Positions 1 to 11,748 of a stretch of 64,000 bases of DNA are shown here, in pieces. Under the pieces are notes generated by a model. It had not been told where the DNA came from. It saw nothing but the letters and a program-made list of their open reading frames with translations, and did no database searches. Location of the stretch: assembly GCA_013265495.1 (NCBI GenBank), contig MU057744.1:2121370-2185369 (forward strand). Reading direction: 5' to 3'. Each line of letters begins with the position of its first letter. The first letter of the stretch is position 1. The DNA comes from Vicugna vicugna. Its lineage: Eukaryota. The translations under genes were made by a program, and so were the position numbers.

Positions 1-947
1 ACACACTAGAGTCCCAGACAACCCAAACTTCAGCTGAAATAACCTGGCTTTGTGTTTCCAAACAGTGGCTATTTCCCAGATGGGAGATGGACTACACACA
101 CCTTTGGTCAGGGCACCGATTCTAAAGGAAATCTCTTTGTGAAGAGGGGTGTTTGGTAACTTGAGGAGCCAACCAGAACAGACAGGCCCAGTGGGTGGAA
201 CTGAAGTCAGCTCCACCGCAGGGTGGCGTGGCTGTGAGGCCGTGGACTAGTCTCTGACTCCCAGATCCACAGATCCGGTGTAAGGGTGAGTGAGCGGAGG
301 GACACACAGGGGTTTTGAAGACCCAGTGACACGAAGTAAATAGTAGCTGAATTAGGATATTTCTGGGATTGTCTCCTTTCTGTCCTTGAGTGATTAGAAT
401 AGAAAAGTCAGCAGAGAAGCAAGCCGTGCGGGAGGCCCACAGCTGTTCAGAGCAGCCTGGGAATGATGCGCTGGGTACAGGCCACTGAGGGCTTTTCCAG
501 GCCGTGTGCTCCCCAGCCTCGTGCCTCTCCTCCCGGAGGGGCGGCCTTTGCCGGGCTGCCAGCTCCGTGGGCAGCTCAGGAGCAAGGCGCAGTGACTCCG
601 AGGCTGGGAGTGCCGGGGCTGCACGTGGGGGCCCAGGACGAGGGGCTGGCTGGGATGCAGACCAGGGCAGCAGCAGGGGCGCGGGCAGGAAGGAGAGGGT
701 GTAAGAAGAGTGAGATGGGACACAAAGCCAAAAGCTGAGCAGCCTGTTCTGAGCTCCTCTCTCAGGTGGACCGCTGACTTGAGACCTATGTGACTGGGGT
801 GGGACTATGGGTGTGATTCTCCTGCAGCGATACTAAAAGCTTTGCAAGCCTACAGTGACATTTGTCATTATTTTTAGTGACAGTGCACGTTTGCTTCTTC
901 AGGCTGCAGTGGAAGGAGACAGGTGTTAGTGAGCCCCAGCATCCCTA

Positions 948-1122
948 CCGCACTGCATCCCTGCATTAGATCACTGCATCGTGGCTCTGTGTCCCTGTGC
1001 TGAATCACTGCGTCAGTGCACTGCATTCCTGCATCACCACACTGCATCATTTCATCACTGCATTACTGCACTGCATCACTGTCACATTGTATTGCATCTC
1101 TGCGTTACTGCACTCTGTTACT
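948..1122. repeat. Degenerate low-complexity tandem repeat built from CACTGCAT-like units
   Basis: Repeated cactgcat / ctgcatc / ttactgca motifs; produces the spurious His/Cys-rich ORF at 997-1200. Confidence 0.75.
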
Positions 1123-2289
1123 CTGGGAGGACATGATGCCCTCATGCTTGGTGGGGGCTTGGCTGCTTCTGCAGTGAAGCCTAGGTTAGAGAGATTTTAG
1201 TGATGCTGTGAGGAACAGATACTGTCATATTAATTGCAGCCTTTTTTTCTTTCCTGCTTTACTTTCCCTCCCTTTTTCTTCCCACTCAGAAAAATCCATA
1301 TTCTGAGATAAACTGTTACCAGGTGAAACCATAACCTCTGTCAATGTCCCACAGCTTAAAGGGAAACTCCAAATATTTTTGTATCTTTTAATAGCTTTTC
1401 TAAGGGCACTTACTCAACATCAGGCTCTCCATTAGTCTGTTATTTACAGTAAGTGTGCCATTTAAGGCACACGGAAAGAACCCTCTTGAAATGTGCTATC
1501 ACACTGTTACATGGCGATTCCTGTAGATGCGAAAACAGCAGGTTAAATGTGACCTGGTCCCTGAGAGACAGAACTAGTGGTGAAGCCCCAGCTACCTGTA
1601 CCTATTTCTTTGTGTCCATCACCTTCCTACAGTCCCCACGTCAGCAAAACAACTGACCGAAGCAACACCATTTCCAAGCTAACTGGCTAAGGCCTTGTCT
1701 GGAAGCAGAGAGCTGATTTCAGTACCCACCTCACTCCCCCATTCCCTGTAACCTCACTCCTGAGTGCGTCACGCACCCCTGCCTCTCACCTCCTCTCTGT
1801 CCTGCTTCTGCGCCTTGACAGCTTTAGCACGTGAATCCCGGCCATGCTCTCTTCCCTGCGCAGGCTCTGGGCTTCCTTGCTGGTTCTTTCAGGACTCCAC
1901 CCGCCCCTTCAGCCTCCAGTCCCTTCCCCTCCCTGTGTGCTGGCCTGCTGGCCTTGTCCTGTTTGCTCTTGTGAGTTGCTAACGGCTATTTGACCCCACC
2001 CCACTCCCAGAGCGTGAGCTCCTTTCTTCAGGCGAGACTCAGATCCTTCAGCTCCCCTGGAAGTGAAGCTTTTACCTAGCTCCCTTTTCTGATCGTGATA
2101 GCGTCTTTCTCAGAGATGCTAACATTTCTTATGCAACCATGTTACTCTGCACTCAGGAGGCTTGGGGTAGTTATGGAGTCTACCAATACCGGACACATCA
2201 CCCTTGAACATAAGGCAGTGTGTGTGGGTGTCTCACATGTTTACTTTATAGGGGCATCCACCATAGATTCTTTGTTCTGCCACTTAATA

Positions 2290-2990
2290 TTCTGTATGGT
2301 TGGGGCCATGTTGCCCACCCTGACTGATCCTGTTTCCTTGGTATAAAATGGCAGGAAAAAAAAAACCCTACCACACAGGGATCCTATGAAGATAAAATGA
2401 TGTATATACCCAAATGTCCATCAACAGGTGTCTGCATAAAGAAGCTGTGGTGTATTTATACAACGGAACACTACTCAGCCATAAAAAATAATAAAATAAT
2501 GCCATTTGCAGCAACATGGCTAGACCTGGAGATTATCATTACAAGTGAAGTCACCCAGACAGAGAAAGACAAATACCATATGATATTGCTTATATGTGGA
2601 ATCTTAAAATAAAAAGACACAAATGAACTTATTTACAAGACAGAAACAGAATCACAGACATAGAAAATAAAATCATGGTTCCTGGGGTGCTGGGGGTGGG
2701 AAGGGATAAATTGGGAGTTCAAGATTTGCAAATATTAACTACTATATATAAAATAGGTAAAAAACACATTTCTTCTGTACAGCACAGGGAACTATATTCA
2801 CTGTCCTGTAGTAAGGACCCCTATAATGAAAAAGAATATATGTGTGTTCATGTATGACTGAAGCATTATGCAGTACACCAGAGATTGACACAACATTGTG
2901 AACTGACTCTACATCAATAAAAAATGATGTGTACGGAGCACTTGCCACAAATTATAACTCATCAACAAACAATGACTGCTGTTGCTGTTA
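2290..2990 (+). mobile_element. MIR SINE split in two by an L1 insertion
   Basis: MIR-core-like 'tgtttccttggtataaaatgg...cctaccacacagggatcctatgaagataaaatga' before the L1; it resumes as 'tgtgtacggagcacttgccaca...ctcatcaacaaacaatgactgctgtt' after it. Confidence 0.6.
2407..2920 (+). mobile_element. 5'-truncated LINE-1 (ORF2 C-terminus plus 3' UTR, artiodactyl/camelid type)
   Basis: ORF 2397-2612 resembles the ORF2p end (PKCPST...MPFAATWLDLEIII); 3' UTR motif 'acagcacagggaactatattc'; TSD AAAATGATGTATA (2394-2406) / AAAATGATGTGTA (2921-2933). Confidence 0.93.
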
Positions 2991-4029
2991 ATATTAGATT
3001 CTAGAACCCTGGCTTTACCCGACTTCTGTATAAGCAACAACTTCCAGCTCCAGCCAACTCCACCTCCATCCATTATAGGTACATAAAAAAGACCCGACCA
3101 GCACATGACCCTTTTCAGGAATGGGGAATGTTCAGCTGAATTTCAACTTTCAGCATAAACCACAGTGTACAAATCATTTGGACTCTAACAAATGAGTGAG
3201 GAAGGTTAAAAGAAAATCTCTGTAAACTTTCCACCTTATGTCAGAATCTTTCCATGTAAGTTATAAAAATCTCACTTTCTTCTATTGTGTGGGTTTATAT
3301 GAGTGGGAGAGGAATGTTTTCAAAAGTCTGTCATCTCAACTGGCTTATGAAGAATATTTTTTCAAAAAATAAGTCTTCAAAGATTCTAGACTAGCAGATA
3401 ACTCAAGTTAAAACTTTGAGGAGAGGGAAAGATATGGAAAGTGGATTGTGCTAATTTAAAGTAAAATTTGTTCTGCTCTTTGGATTTTTTTTTGTTGAAC
3501 AAAGCTTACTTTTTAGATAAAAGAAGTGAACTCAAGGGAAGAACAGTGAGATGTGATTCTTCAGACGGATAGCTTTATAAATGGAGACAGACAGACGGAG
3601 ATATTCTGTAAGACGGAACCCTGTAGTATCTATGTCCTGAGTGCTTAGGCACTATTCCATTTGATTTATTAGTATTACATTTGACTCTGTGATGCTTATG
3701 CAATCATCTTCCCGACTTTGAAGATTCTTCTCTATCCCATGTACTGCAGGGAAGACATAATGTAATGAAAATAAAGGAGGCTAAAATACGCTGCTTTTAT
3801 GGCAAGTACAACATTAATTTAATGCATATCTGTGTACATGTTATTTAAACCCTCAGCTTGCTTTTTCCAATGGAAATACTAATATCTACATATCTCTGCT
3901 TTGGAGGGTTGGCGAGTAACTGATCATTTGTGAAAACACTTTATACATTTGTGTCACCTTGACAACTGTATGTCCTCCCTTCTCGAATCAGTCTTTTTTA
4001 TCCTTTCTCTCCTTTCCTGCCCCAGCGGT

Positions 4030-4180
4030 GTGGCACTTTTCCTGGCCCTTATGCTGTCCCTTTTTCTGGAGTGCCTTTCAGTCTCCGGAGCATTTATCCA
4101 GATCTCTTCTCCTTTTAAGACTCAGTTCAAATCTTAGCTCTCTGGTGATACCATTATCTCCCCAACTCAGAAACCCTATA
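4030..4180 (+). mobile_element. L2 fragment
   Basis: L2-like 'tgctgtccctttttctggagtgcc...ttttaagactcagttcaaatc'. Confidence 0.5.
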
Positions 4181-4659
4181 GCATCTCGTATCTGAACCAT
4201 ACAATTCTGTTCCATTTTTCAAGTGTCCATGCTCATCATTTGTTCTAAAATTCTTGCTTGATTAACCCTATGCTCGGCATCCCCCGGTGAGTGTGTGGGG
4301 AACTTGCAAGGATTATCTGGCACGTATGAGAGCAGTGTTTCATCTGTGCAGCCAGGTCAGCATGTACTGAAGAGTGGCCGCTCGGTCTTGTGTCCTTGTA
4401 GTAGTGCCTTTTCTCACTCCTTCAGCTTTGCTTTGCTGGGAGACCTCAAGACTTGAGGTGGGTTATTTCCCCCCAAGTTAAGAAAGTATAACAGGGCTTC
4501 AGCTGACTGTGTGCTTGGTGAGTTTCTTTTTGCTACTTACGGTCCACTCGTCTCTGCTGACATCCAGTGTCTCAGGAACACTGTGGAGACATCCAGCACA
4601 CCTTTGAGGCAGTGGCTACCATGCGTTACACAGGCTGTGGCGGACCCAGCTTGTGTCTT

Positions 4660-4935
4660 AACTGGAGCCAGACTGACCCAGGATCACTTCTACCTCTGCC
4701 GAGTCCTAGCTCTGCAGCTCGGGGTGAATAGCTTAACCCTCCTGAGCCTCACATCTTTGGCTATAAAGCTGGGATTGTAATGGCAGTAGTGGTATCGACC
4801 GCAGGAGGCTGGTTGTGAGCCTTACATGAGGATAACTGAGAATAAATGAGGTAGGGCGTGAGGCATGCCGACAGTCCCGAACTTCCTGCCGCAGCAGGCG
4901 TGGCTCTCGGTGCGTGCTGGGCACGTGCTTGTTGG
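4660..4935 (+). mobile_element. MIR SINE
   Basis: 'ggagccagactg...ctagctctgcagctcggggtgaatagcttaaccctcctgagcctcacatctttggctataaagctggg...gttgtgag' follows the MIR consensus order. Confidence 0.65.
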
Positions 4936-5702
4936 CGAGGGGCTGCAGGCTAATAGAATGCAGGGTGCTATAAACAGTCGCACAGCCAGGAGGCGGCAAA
5001 GCAGGGGCTGGAGTGTAGGTGCCTGACTCCAGAACCGGGGCTTCCCACCACCGCACACCTTGACATGACTGCGATTCTCACCGTGAGAGCGTTAGAATGT
5101 CATTCTCTACTCCTCGGTGCCGCAAATATAGATCCCCCCCAGCAAGACCCAACACAGGCATCTACATCAGGACACTGGTACTGAAGGAGGACAGAGGATC
5201 CAGCTTGGCTCATAAGAGGGAATGAGTAAAGACGCAGAGCTCCTTAAGGGAAGGCGTTGAGAGCCCCGGGGGTACCCTGCCTGGCAGGAACGCAGTCCTG
5301 CATTAGCTGACGTGGTTCTCTTTACCCACAAAGCAATAACAACTTTGCAAGGCCTGCTTCACTCTCTGTCTACAAGGGTAGACAGCTCTGGTGGTCTTTG
5401 TGGCCAGGCAAGCATTGAAAAGCGAATTCCGTTTTGGCTAGGAACTGCCCCGTTCCCATCACTTTGAAAGTGTGCTCTCCCCAGCGCTTGACGACAGAGC
5501 TTCAAAGCTGTACGCCAGATCTTGAGTTGAGTTTCAACACCACGGGTCCTCTCTGGTGTACGGAGCCTGTGTGCCCCCACAGATGCCTTGCCCTTGGGAT
5601 CTGGCTGATGTGCAAACCTCAGATCACTAATTTAGCTTGTGAAGCAAATTCTGCTTTGGCAAATGTCTTAACAATTTTGGGGAACAAAATGTTGACTCTC
5701 CA

Positions 5703-5922
5703 GAATTTGAAGTTCAAGTTTTGCCGATAAACAACAAGTTCCTACTGCACAGCACAGGGAACTATATTCAACACCTTGTAGTAACCTATAATGAAAAAGA
5801 ATATGAAGAGGAATATATGTATGTGTGTGGATGACTGAAACACGATGCTGTGCACCAGAAGCTGACACAACATTGTAAACCGACTGTACTTCAATTTTAA
5901 AAAAAAGAAAGAAAAAAGAAAA
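5703..5922 (+). mobile_element. LINE-1 3' UTR fragment with poly(A) tail
   Basis: 'gataaacaacaagttcctactgcacagcacagggaactatattcaacacc...cttcaattttaaaaaaaagaaagaaaaaagaaaa'; homologous to the other L1 tails in this window. Confidence 0.92.
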
Positions 5923-5924
5923 GC

Positions 5925-6342
5925 TCTCTGTCCTCTCCCCACGTGCCTACGAGTGGGACACACTTTTACAAAGGTGCTCCTTCTCCCCTCTCAACCAGGA
6001 TGGGCAGAAGTTAATCACTAGGTGCCATGTCTGGCCCTCATCAGCTTGGAGAGGTCGCCAGAGGAGTCTGTGTAACATAGCTTTACTAGCTCGCCTGTGC
6101 CTCCTCCTGGGGGGCCTGAAACTGCTATTCTGGGTCCTGCCATTTCTCTACAGATTTACTCTTCTTTGTTGAAGACGCTTCAACTGGGATTCTAAGCCCC
6201 AAGGTGGGGAGTTACTCATTTTCCTTTGGGTATATACCTGGTAATAAATTTCTGTTTGTTTTCTCTTGTTAATCTGTCTTTTATCTAAAGGGTCTCAGCC
6301 CAGACCTCAGAAGGCTGGGAGACAGTTACTCCCTCCCCTGCA
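5925..6342 (+). mobile_element. ERV1-class LTR, 3' part (MER34/MER39-like); the 5' part probably lies upstream of the L1 at ~5600-5700
   Basis: 'aataaatttctgtttgttttctcttgttaatctgtctttt...ggtctcagcc...ccctcccctgca' is the typical MER34/39 terminus with a poly(A) signal. Confidence 0.7.
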
Positions 6343-6912
6343 CACAGAAGCAGTGAGCAGTTGCCTCCACTGTCTGGTGCTTATGCGGGAGGTGCAGGCT
6401 TGGGGAAGTATTTACGGGAGTCATTGCAATATAGTTGGAATTTCAAGTCCATGAGTGGGTGGGTCCTGGGTTTGGATGCAGAGGGCAGGGCCTTCACGGT
6501 CCCCTGGGCCCCTCCAGGATTTATAAGTCAGTTAGGGAAGGGGGAACCTGCATGGGGCCAAGGAGAAAGCAGCCCGAGAGGTAGTTTCTAAGCACTGAAT
6601 AAGAGGGAACGAGGAAACTCAGAAGCAGAGAGAGAAATGGTTAAATCGCACATTGGGCACACAGCATTCAAAGACGACAACTGAGTGATGTGGTAACATC
6701 GTGCAGTTCCTCCAGCGTAATAACGTGCGAGCCGTGAAGTGCCTGGCGTCTCACAGTAGATGCAGTGGCCGCCATCCAGCCACACCAAAAAGGCAGTGAC
6801 TTCTCCACTTTCTACAGTGTTGCTCTGTTTCACATACAGGCTGCAGCCTTCTGGTGTGAGCTATGAAACCTGGGCTCCCCATCGCCAGACACAGGATTCT
6901 CCAGCAAGGAGG

Positions 6913-7431
6913 TGCAGCAGCGAAGAACAAACCTGACTCCATATTAGACCTGTTCCTTTGGCTCTGACCCTGTGCTCTGTTTCCTGGGCTGAGTCCTGCT
7001 GGTTCTGCAGCATTTGTAAAAGGATGTTGCCTAGAGCTTGAAAGAGACAGGACAGCCCATTCTCAAGGCTCTGACCTTTAAGGGCACAATAACACTTGCA
7101 TTCATATCGAGATAAAAACTTGCAGAATAGAAAATAACACTTGTCTTGTTGGAGGTTTACAGGGACACCACGACCTGACCCACATGGACAGCTGCAAGAA
7201 CAAAGAATTCTGACACCAAGAGGTTTGCAACAACCAACGACACTCCCTCCCCTTTTTAACGTAAAAGAGCCTGAATTCTGACTTGGGGGAAGATGATTCT
7301 CCAGGACCTTAGTCTGCTATCCTCGGTCTGCTGGCTTTCCGAATAAAGTCTCTATTCCTTGTCCCAACACCTCGTCTCCCGACTTACTGGCCTGTCGTGC
7401 AGCGAGCAGAATGAGTTTGGACTTGGTAACA
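6913..7431 (+). mobile_element. Solo ERV1 LTR, MER41-like
   Basis: TG...CA termini; 'gaagaacaaacctgactccatattaga' start, AATAAA at ~7342, '...ttggtaaca' end; near-TSD GAGG/GAAG; homologous along its length to 42543-43063. Confidence 0.85.
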
Positions 7432-7454
7432 GAAGGGAAAGAGAAAAGAGGAAA

Positions 7455-7705
7455 GAAACGTATTTCTCGAGGGCCAACCACTTGCCAGGCATTATGCTGT
7501 GTACTTAGGTCTTTTTTTCTCATTTTGATCCTTTTAACAATCCCAAGAGGGAGGTATCACTAAGCTGTTTCTATGGATTAGAAGCAGCACTCAAAGACAC
7601 TGAGCAAATTAGCCGAGGTCAAAAACGCGTCCGTGGCAGAGCTGACACTGACATCCATCGCTCTGACTCTTGGGCCAGTTTTATTTCCACCACATCATGC
7701 TTCCT
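7455..7705 (-). mobile_element. MIR SINE
   Basis: Antisense MIR: 'ccaggcattatgct...ttaacaatcccaagagggaggtatc...aattagccgaggtca...gtggcagagctg...ctctgactc'. Confidence 0.75.
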
Positions 7706-7759
7706 TTTCAATGCACTTATCTCAGAAGGCCCATTTTCTAATATGTTCACTTTGATGTA

Positions 7760-7761
<2 letters not shown>

Positions 7762-7790
<29 letters not shown>
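7762..7790. repeat. (AG)n microsatellite
   Basis: About 14 perfect AG units. Confidence 0.97.
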
Positions 7791-7794
<4 letters not shown>

Positions 7795-9148
7795 TTTCAT
7801 TTATTAGCCATATGGTGCAGAGTTTTGTTTTCCCCATCTGAATCATACCTCAGGAGGTATTCACGACCCTGGCACAGGGCCTTTGGGCAATTTAGTGAGT
7901 GAGTTACATAAAAATATGCCTAGATGCGAGTAGGCTTGAGTCTCAATTTAATTATTTCAGCTAAAACATTGAGGAATGGGGGAGCTGTCACTGTGAAATA
8001 CACTCTTTCCCACTTCAGTGCTATTCCTTGTCTCTCACTGCGGCATTTTGACAGGAGTAGGTCTATTTTAAAGCAACCAACCTCAAATTTTAACAAAGCC
8101 ACAGTGTTCTAAGGGGAAATTGTTAATTTGAAAACTGAAGTTCATCTTGAAAAACCCCGGAAGACACTTCATCATAACTTTTCGTGAAACAGAAAAACCG
8201 GAAGCCCCTCAAGGGAGCTGTGAAATGAGATCTCCTTCTGAAGCAAAGTGGGAGCCGCACGGCAGCAAAGATTCTGTTCTGCCGCAGTCCCGCCGCTGCA
8301 GAAATAACGTCTCCAGTCGTAGCGAGATCGTGGGGACTCGTGAGCGTGCTGATTACATTCACTCACGTAACCCTTTGCACTTCAGAAGGGCTCGGATGGA
8401 AGCAAGACCTCATTCAGAGTCCTTCCAACCTGGAATCACCTGAGGGAGCATAGGACGGGGGTTTCCCTGGGTTGTGGGAGTCCTAGAGGCAGAACTGAAG
8501 GGGAGGAGGTGGATTCCACTCCACACTTCGAGAAGACGGTGTGTTTGACCCCAAGACGGCAGAGACCGTACCTGATGACCTCACTGCCTGCGTCCCTGGA
8601 CCACAGCAGGGATTCGGGACAAGGCTGTGAAATGAGTGAGGGAGGAGGGCAGTTCTTCTCAGTCAATACAGGGATGTGTCTGAAAATAAAGCCAATTCAG
8701 AGACAGGAACATAATCTTTTCAAACCAACAGAAGCACCTTCACATTCAGTTTCACATGCTTTACCTTGTGGCTTTGCTGTTTGGGGACCTCAAGAGTAAA
8801 TGCGGCCCCCAAACTTTCTGCTCAGGGGCATGCAGTAAATGTGAGGACTGAGGAAAGGAACGTTGAGACAGAAAGAGTTCCCAAGTTCTGAATCAAATGG
8901 GCCGAAAGACCCGGCACCAACACAGATCCCATCACATCGCCTTTTACTTCATAACCAAAATGTGCTTTATAAGAGACGCTACTCTACTAAAATCGCATCT
9001 GGAAATGTTACAAAATGAAGTAGAAATCTTTCAAATGTTTAAGACTTTAAATAAAGCCTGTTTACATTTTTAAAATGAAGTTAATTCCAGTCTAGTTAAA
9101 GATCCCTTCTTGAGATTTTCAACAATCATCTACCAAAATTAAATGGGA

Positions 9149-9631
9149 TGTAGAGGCAGAAAAAAATGTTCCCTCTTCTCTTGTAGGTCCTTTGGCTGGT
9201 CTAATAATTAAATTGACATTAGGCAGATGAACAGGAGAAAAACAAATTTAGTTTTGTGCATATGGGAGCCCCTTAAAAACACGAGGCTGAAGAAGTGACC
9301 AAAGCAGAAACCTTTTAGACAAGGAAACCATACATTTGTGAAGACTGACAAGAAAAAGGGGTTTGGGCATGGGGCCGTCCATTAGTGAGGAGTGACAAGG
9401 TTTGTTTATGTAGCCTCCTTGGCCCTGAGTGCCCAGTCTCTGATGATAAGGATGCCTTCTACCCTTACAGTGCAAGGACGGTATATTTCGCATGGGAGAT
9501 TTATCTTCTGCTTCCAGGAGGCAGAGAGTAGAGTGTGCTTCTTGAACTGGCCGTTTCTCACGTAACTTCTACTAAAAGGAATCCGTGGGCCAATGCGGCG
9601 TATTTTGAGCTGGTATATCCTGCCCCCTTCA
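9149..9631 (-). mobile_element. Solo ERV1-class LTR (LTR39/MER101-like)
   Basis: TG...CA termini; 'tgtagaggcagaaaaaaatgttccctc...taataattaaattgacattaggcagatgaacaggagaaaaacaaattt' and '...tattttgagctggtatatcctgcccccttca'. Confidence 0.75.
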
Positions 9632-9961
9632 GAAAATAATTCTCAGTTTATACATAACCTCTTCTTTGTTTACCCCTTCTGCAAAGATCCAAGCACGCAT
9701 CATGGCTTAAGTGGGAGATAACAGAAACGATGCTACGAGGCATTTCAAATTCAATGATTCTTCCCAACAAGATCATTTTATTCAATTATGCATTTCCCCC
9801 CCAAACACTAGGTGTTAGAAGTTGCCATTCCACTGTTTTAATGTTACTAATACCAGTTTTCTTCATGACTTAAGAACGACTGGGAAATAATTTAAAAATC
9901 GATGACTATTTGTCTATTCTGTTGTTGAGAATCGTGCACTAAACGCATACAGGATCAGCAT

Positions 9962-10425
9962 TGCAGCTGATGCTGCAGACAGATGTTAAGATCTGCTTCC
10001 CTCGGAGGTGATCGAGAGGACATGACCCCGGGCTGACCCGTGGTCTGGAGCCGGACAGTCAGAGGCTCCTGTCCCCACCCTTGGAGTAAGTGTCCTGCCC
10101 ACCGTTCGCATAGCAGAGCTGTTCCAAGGTCACAGCCTTGAGAGAGTAAGGTATAAAGACCATCTGGAGGGCCCGCCTGACTCAACCCAGTTAAGGACTC
10201 TGTGCAAACTTGCAAGTAAGCTTCTAAGATTCTGGTGGGTAAGTGCAGAGGTCTACCCACCTGTGGCCACAGAAGGCAAGCCTGGTGTAAGTTCTCTCTC
10301 TTACAAAACCTGCCCCCGTGCATCTGGAAGATCTGCCACTGCTCTCCGTCTCTCCGGCCTCCGTGCGTGGGGGCCAGGTTGCCAGGCGACAGCTTCGCGC
10401 CCAGCAGTGAGTCAGGTGTTTGGAT
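9962..10425 (+). mobile_element. LTR, probably ERVL class (MER74-like)
   Basis: Shares 'caaggtcacagccttgagagag...gaccatctgga...aaacctgcc...ctccgtgcgtgggggccag' with the copy at 52205-52615. Confidence 0.65.
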
Positions 10426-11469
10426 GCTGTTGTGCCTTCTATATTAGTTTCCTGTTTCACTTCTGAACACCCTGTCGGGCCGCCTGACTTCCTAAGGCCA
10501 GTTTTCCTGGGTTCATCTTCTATACATCTTACTCTTGCCTAGATAACAGCAGTCCTGGAGGAGTTTTTAAGTAGAATGAGTAGAAATAGTTTGCCTATCT
10601 GGAAGAACTGCATTTGAGCAAGGTTCTTTCAAAACCGGGGCGAAATAATTGAATGGTGTTATTTCAGGGGTTGTGTTAGCTGCTCTCTTCTCTATTGCTC
10701 TTTACAATTCTGTCTCAGTATGAACAAAGCCCCTATTCTGTGCACTTCTTTTAGCAGAAGAAAACATGGACGAGCTTTGTTTTTATTAAAAAAATGGAGT
10801 TTCATGATGGACACGTCTAGAATTGAGGGGGATATTTTTTGAGCAGAAAGGCTCACCCGGAACTTCTCAGGCAGCTTTTTGGCAAAGAAATCCATAAAGA
10901 TGGATGTTAAAGTGAGTGACTAAATCTATAATTTGATTTTTAAGGTTCACTTCACATACTGGTGACAAAAGATGACAGAGTGGGTTCCTGCAAGAAAATT
11001 CGTCAGTGGTAGCCACTTACCTCAGGGAACCAGCGTGGCCCATTGTTGGTCTGCTCTTAGAGAGGAAAATGCTGGAACTGGTGATTCTGTGGAGCCAAAC
11101 ATTTTGAATTAATGTGTTTCAGAAAAAGAAACACCAACTCCTGGCCAAGGCTGACTCTCTGAGAATGCAGTGTGGTGTCAGAGCCTTGTCGCCTTAGTAC
11201 AGAGTGACACTCTGCAGTGCTAGAGCCAGTCATTTTCCATGGCTCCCTCAAAACTCACTCAGGAGAGGGTGTTTCAGTCCTTCCCGTGGTCTCCAGATGG
11301 TCTCCACTCTGACCAGTATTTCAAGACCTGTTCTCTTACTTGTCTTTCTAGTGCCTCACAGTTGAACCTCAGCACACAAGCCACTAGGGACCCCAGAAAG
11401 CCAGGTAGCCTTTCTGGACTTGACAGGTAGAGTGCCTCTGAGTGGGGAAATATTAGTCCAAGGGGGCAA

Positions 11470-11748
11470 ACTTTCAGTTAGAGGAGTAAGTTCTGGGGAC
11501 CCGTGTACACACCATGTTGATTACAGTTACTAACACTGTATTACGTACTTGAAAGGGGCTAGGACAGTAAATCTGAAATGTTCTCACCACAAAAAAGAAA
11601 TGGGAGTTATGTGAGATGATGGAAGGGTTAACTAACGCCGCCAAGGTGTTTATCATTTTGCAAACAAGTGTATCCAGTTCACACCTGGGTGCACCCTGAA
11701 CTTACACAATGTTATATGTCAGTTATATCTCAGTAAAACCGTAAAAAA
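11470..11748 (+). mobile_element. Old LINE-1 3' end (L1MA9-like)
   Basis: 'taagttctggggacccgtgtacacaccatgttgattacagttactaacactgtatt...gttctcaccacaaaaaagaaatgg...aacttacacaatgttatatgtcagttatatctcagtaaaacc'. Confidence 0.88.
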
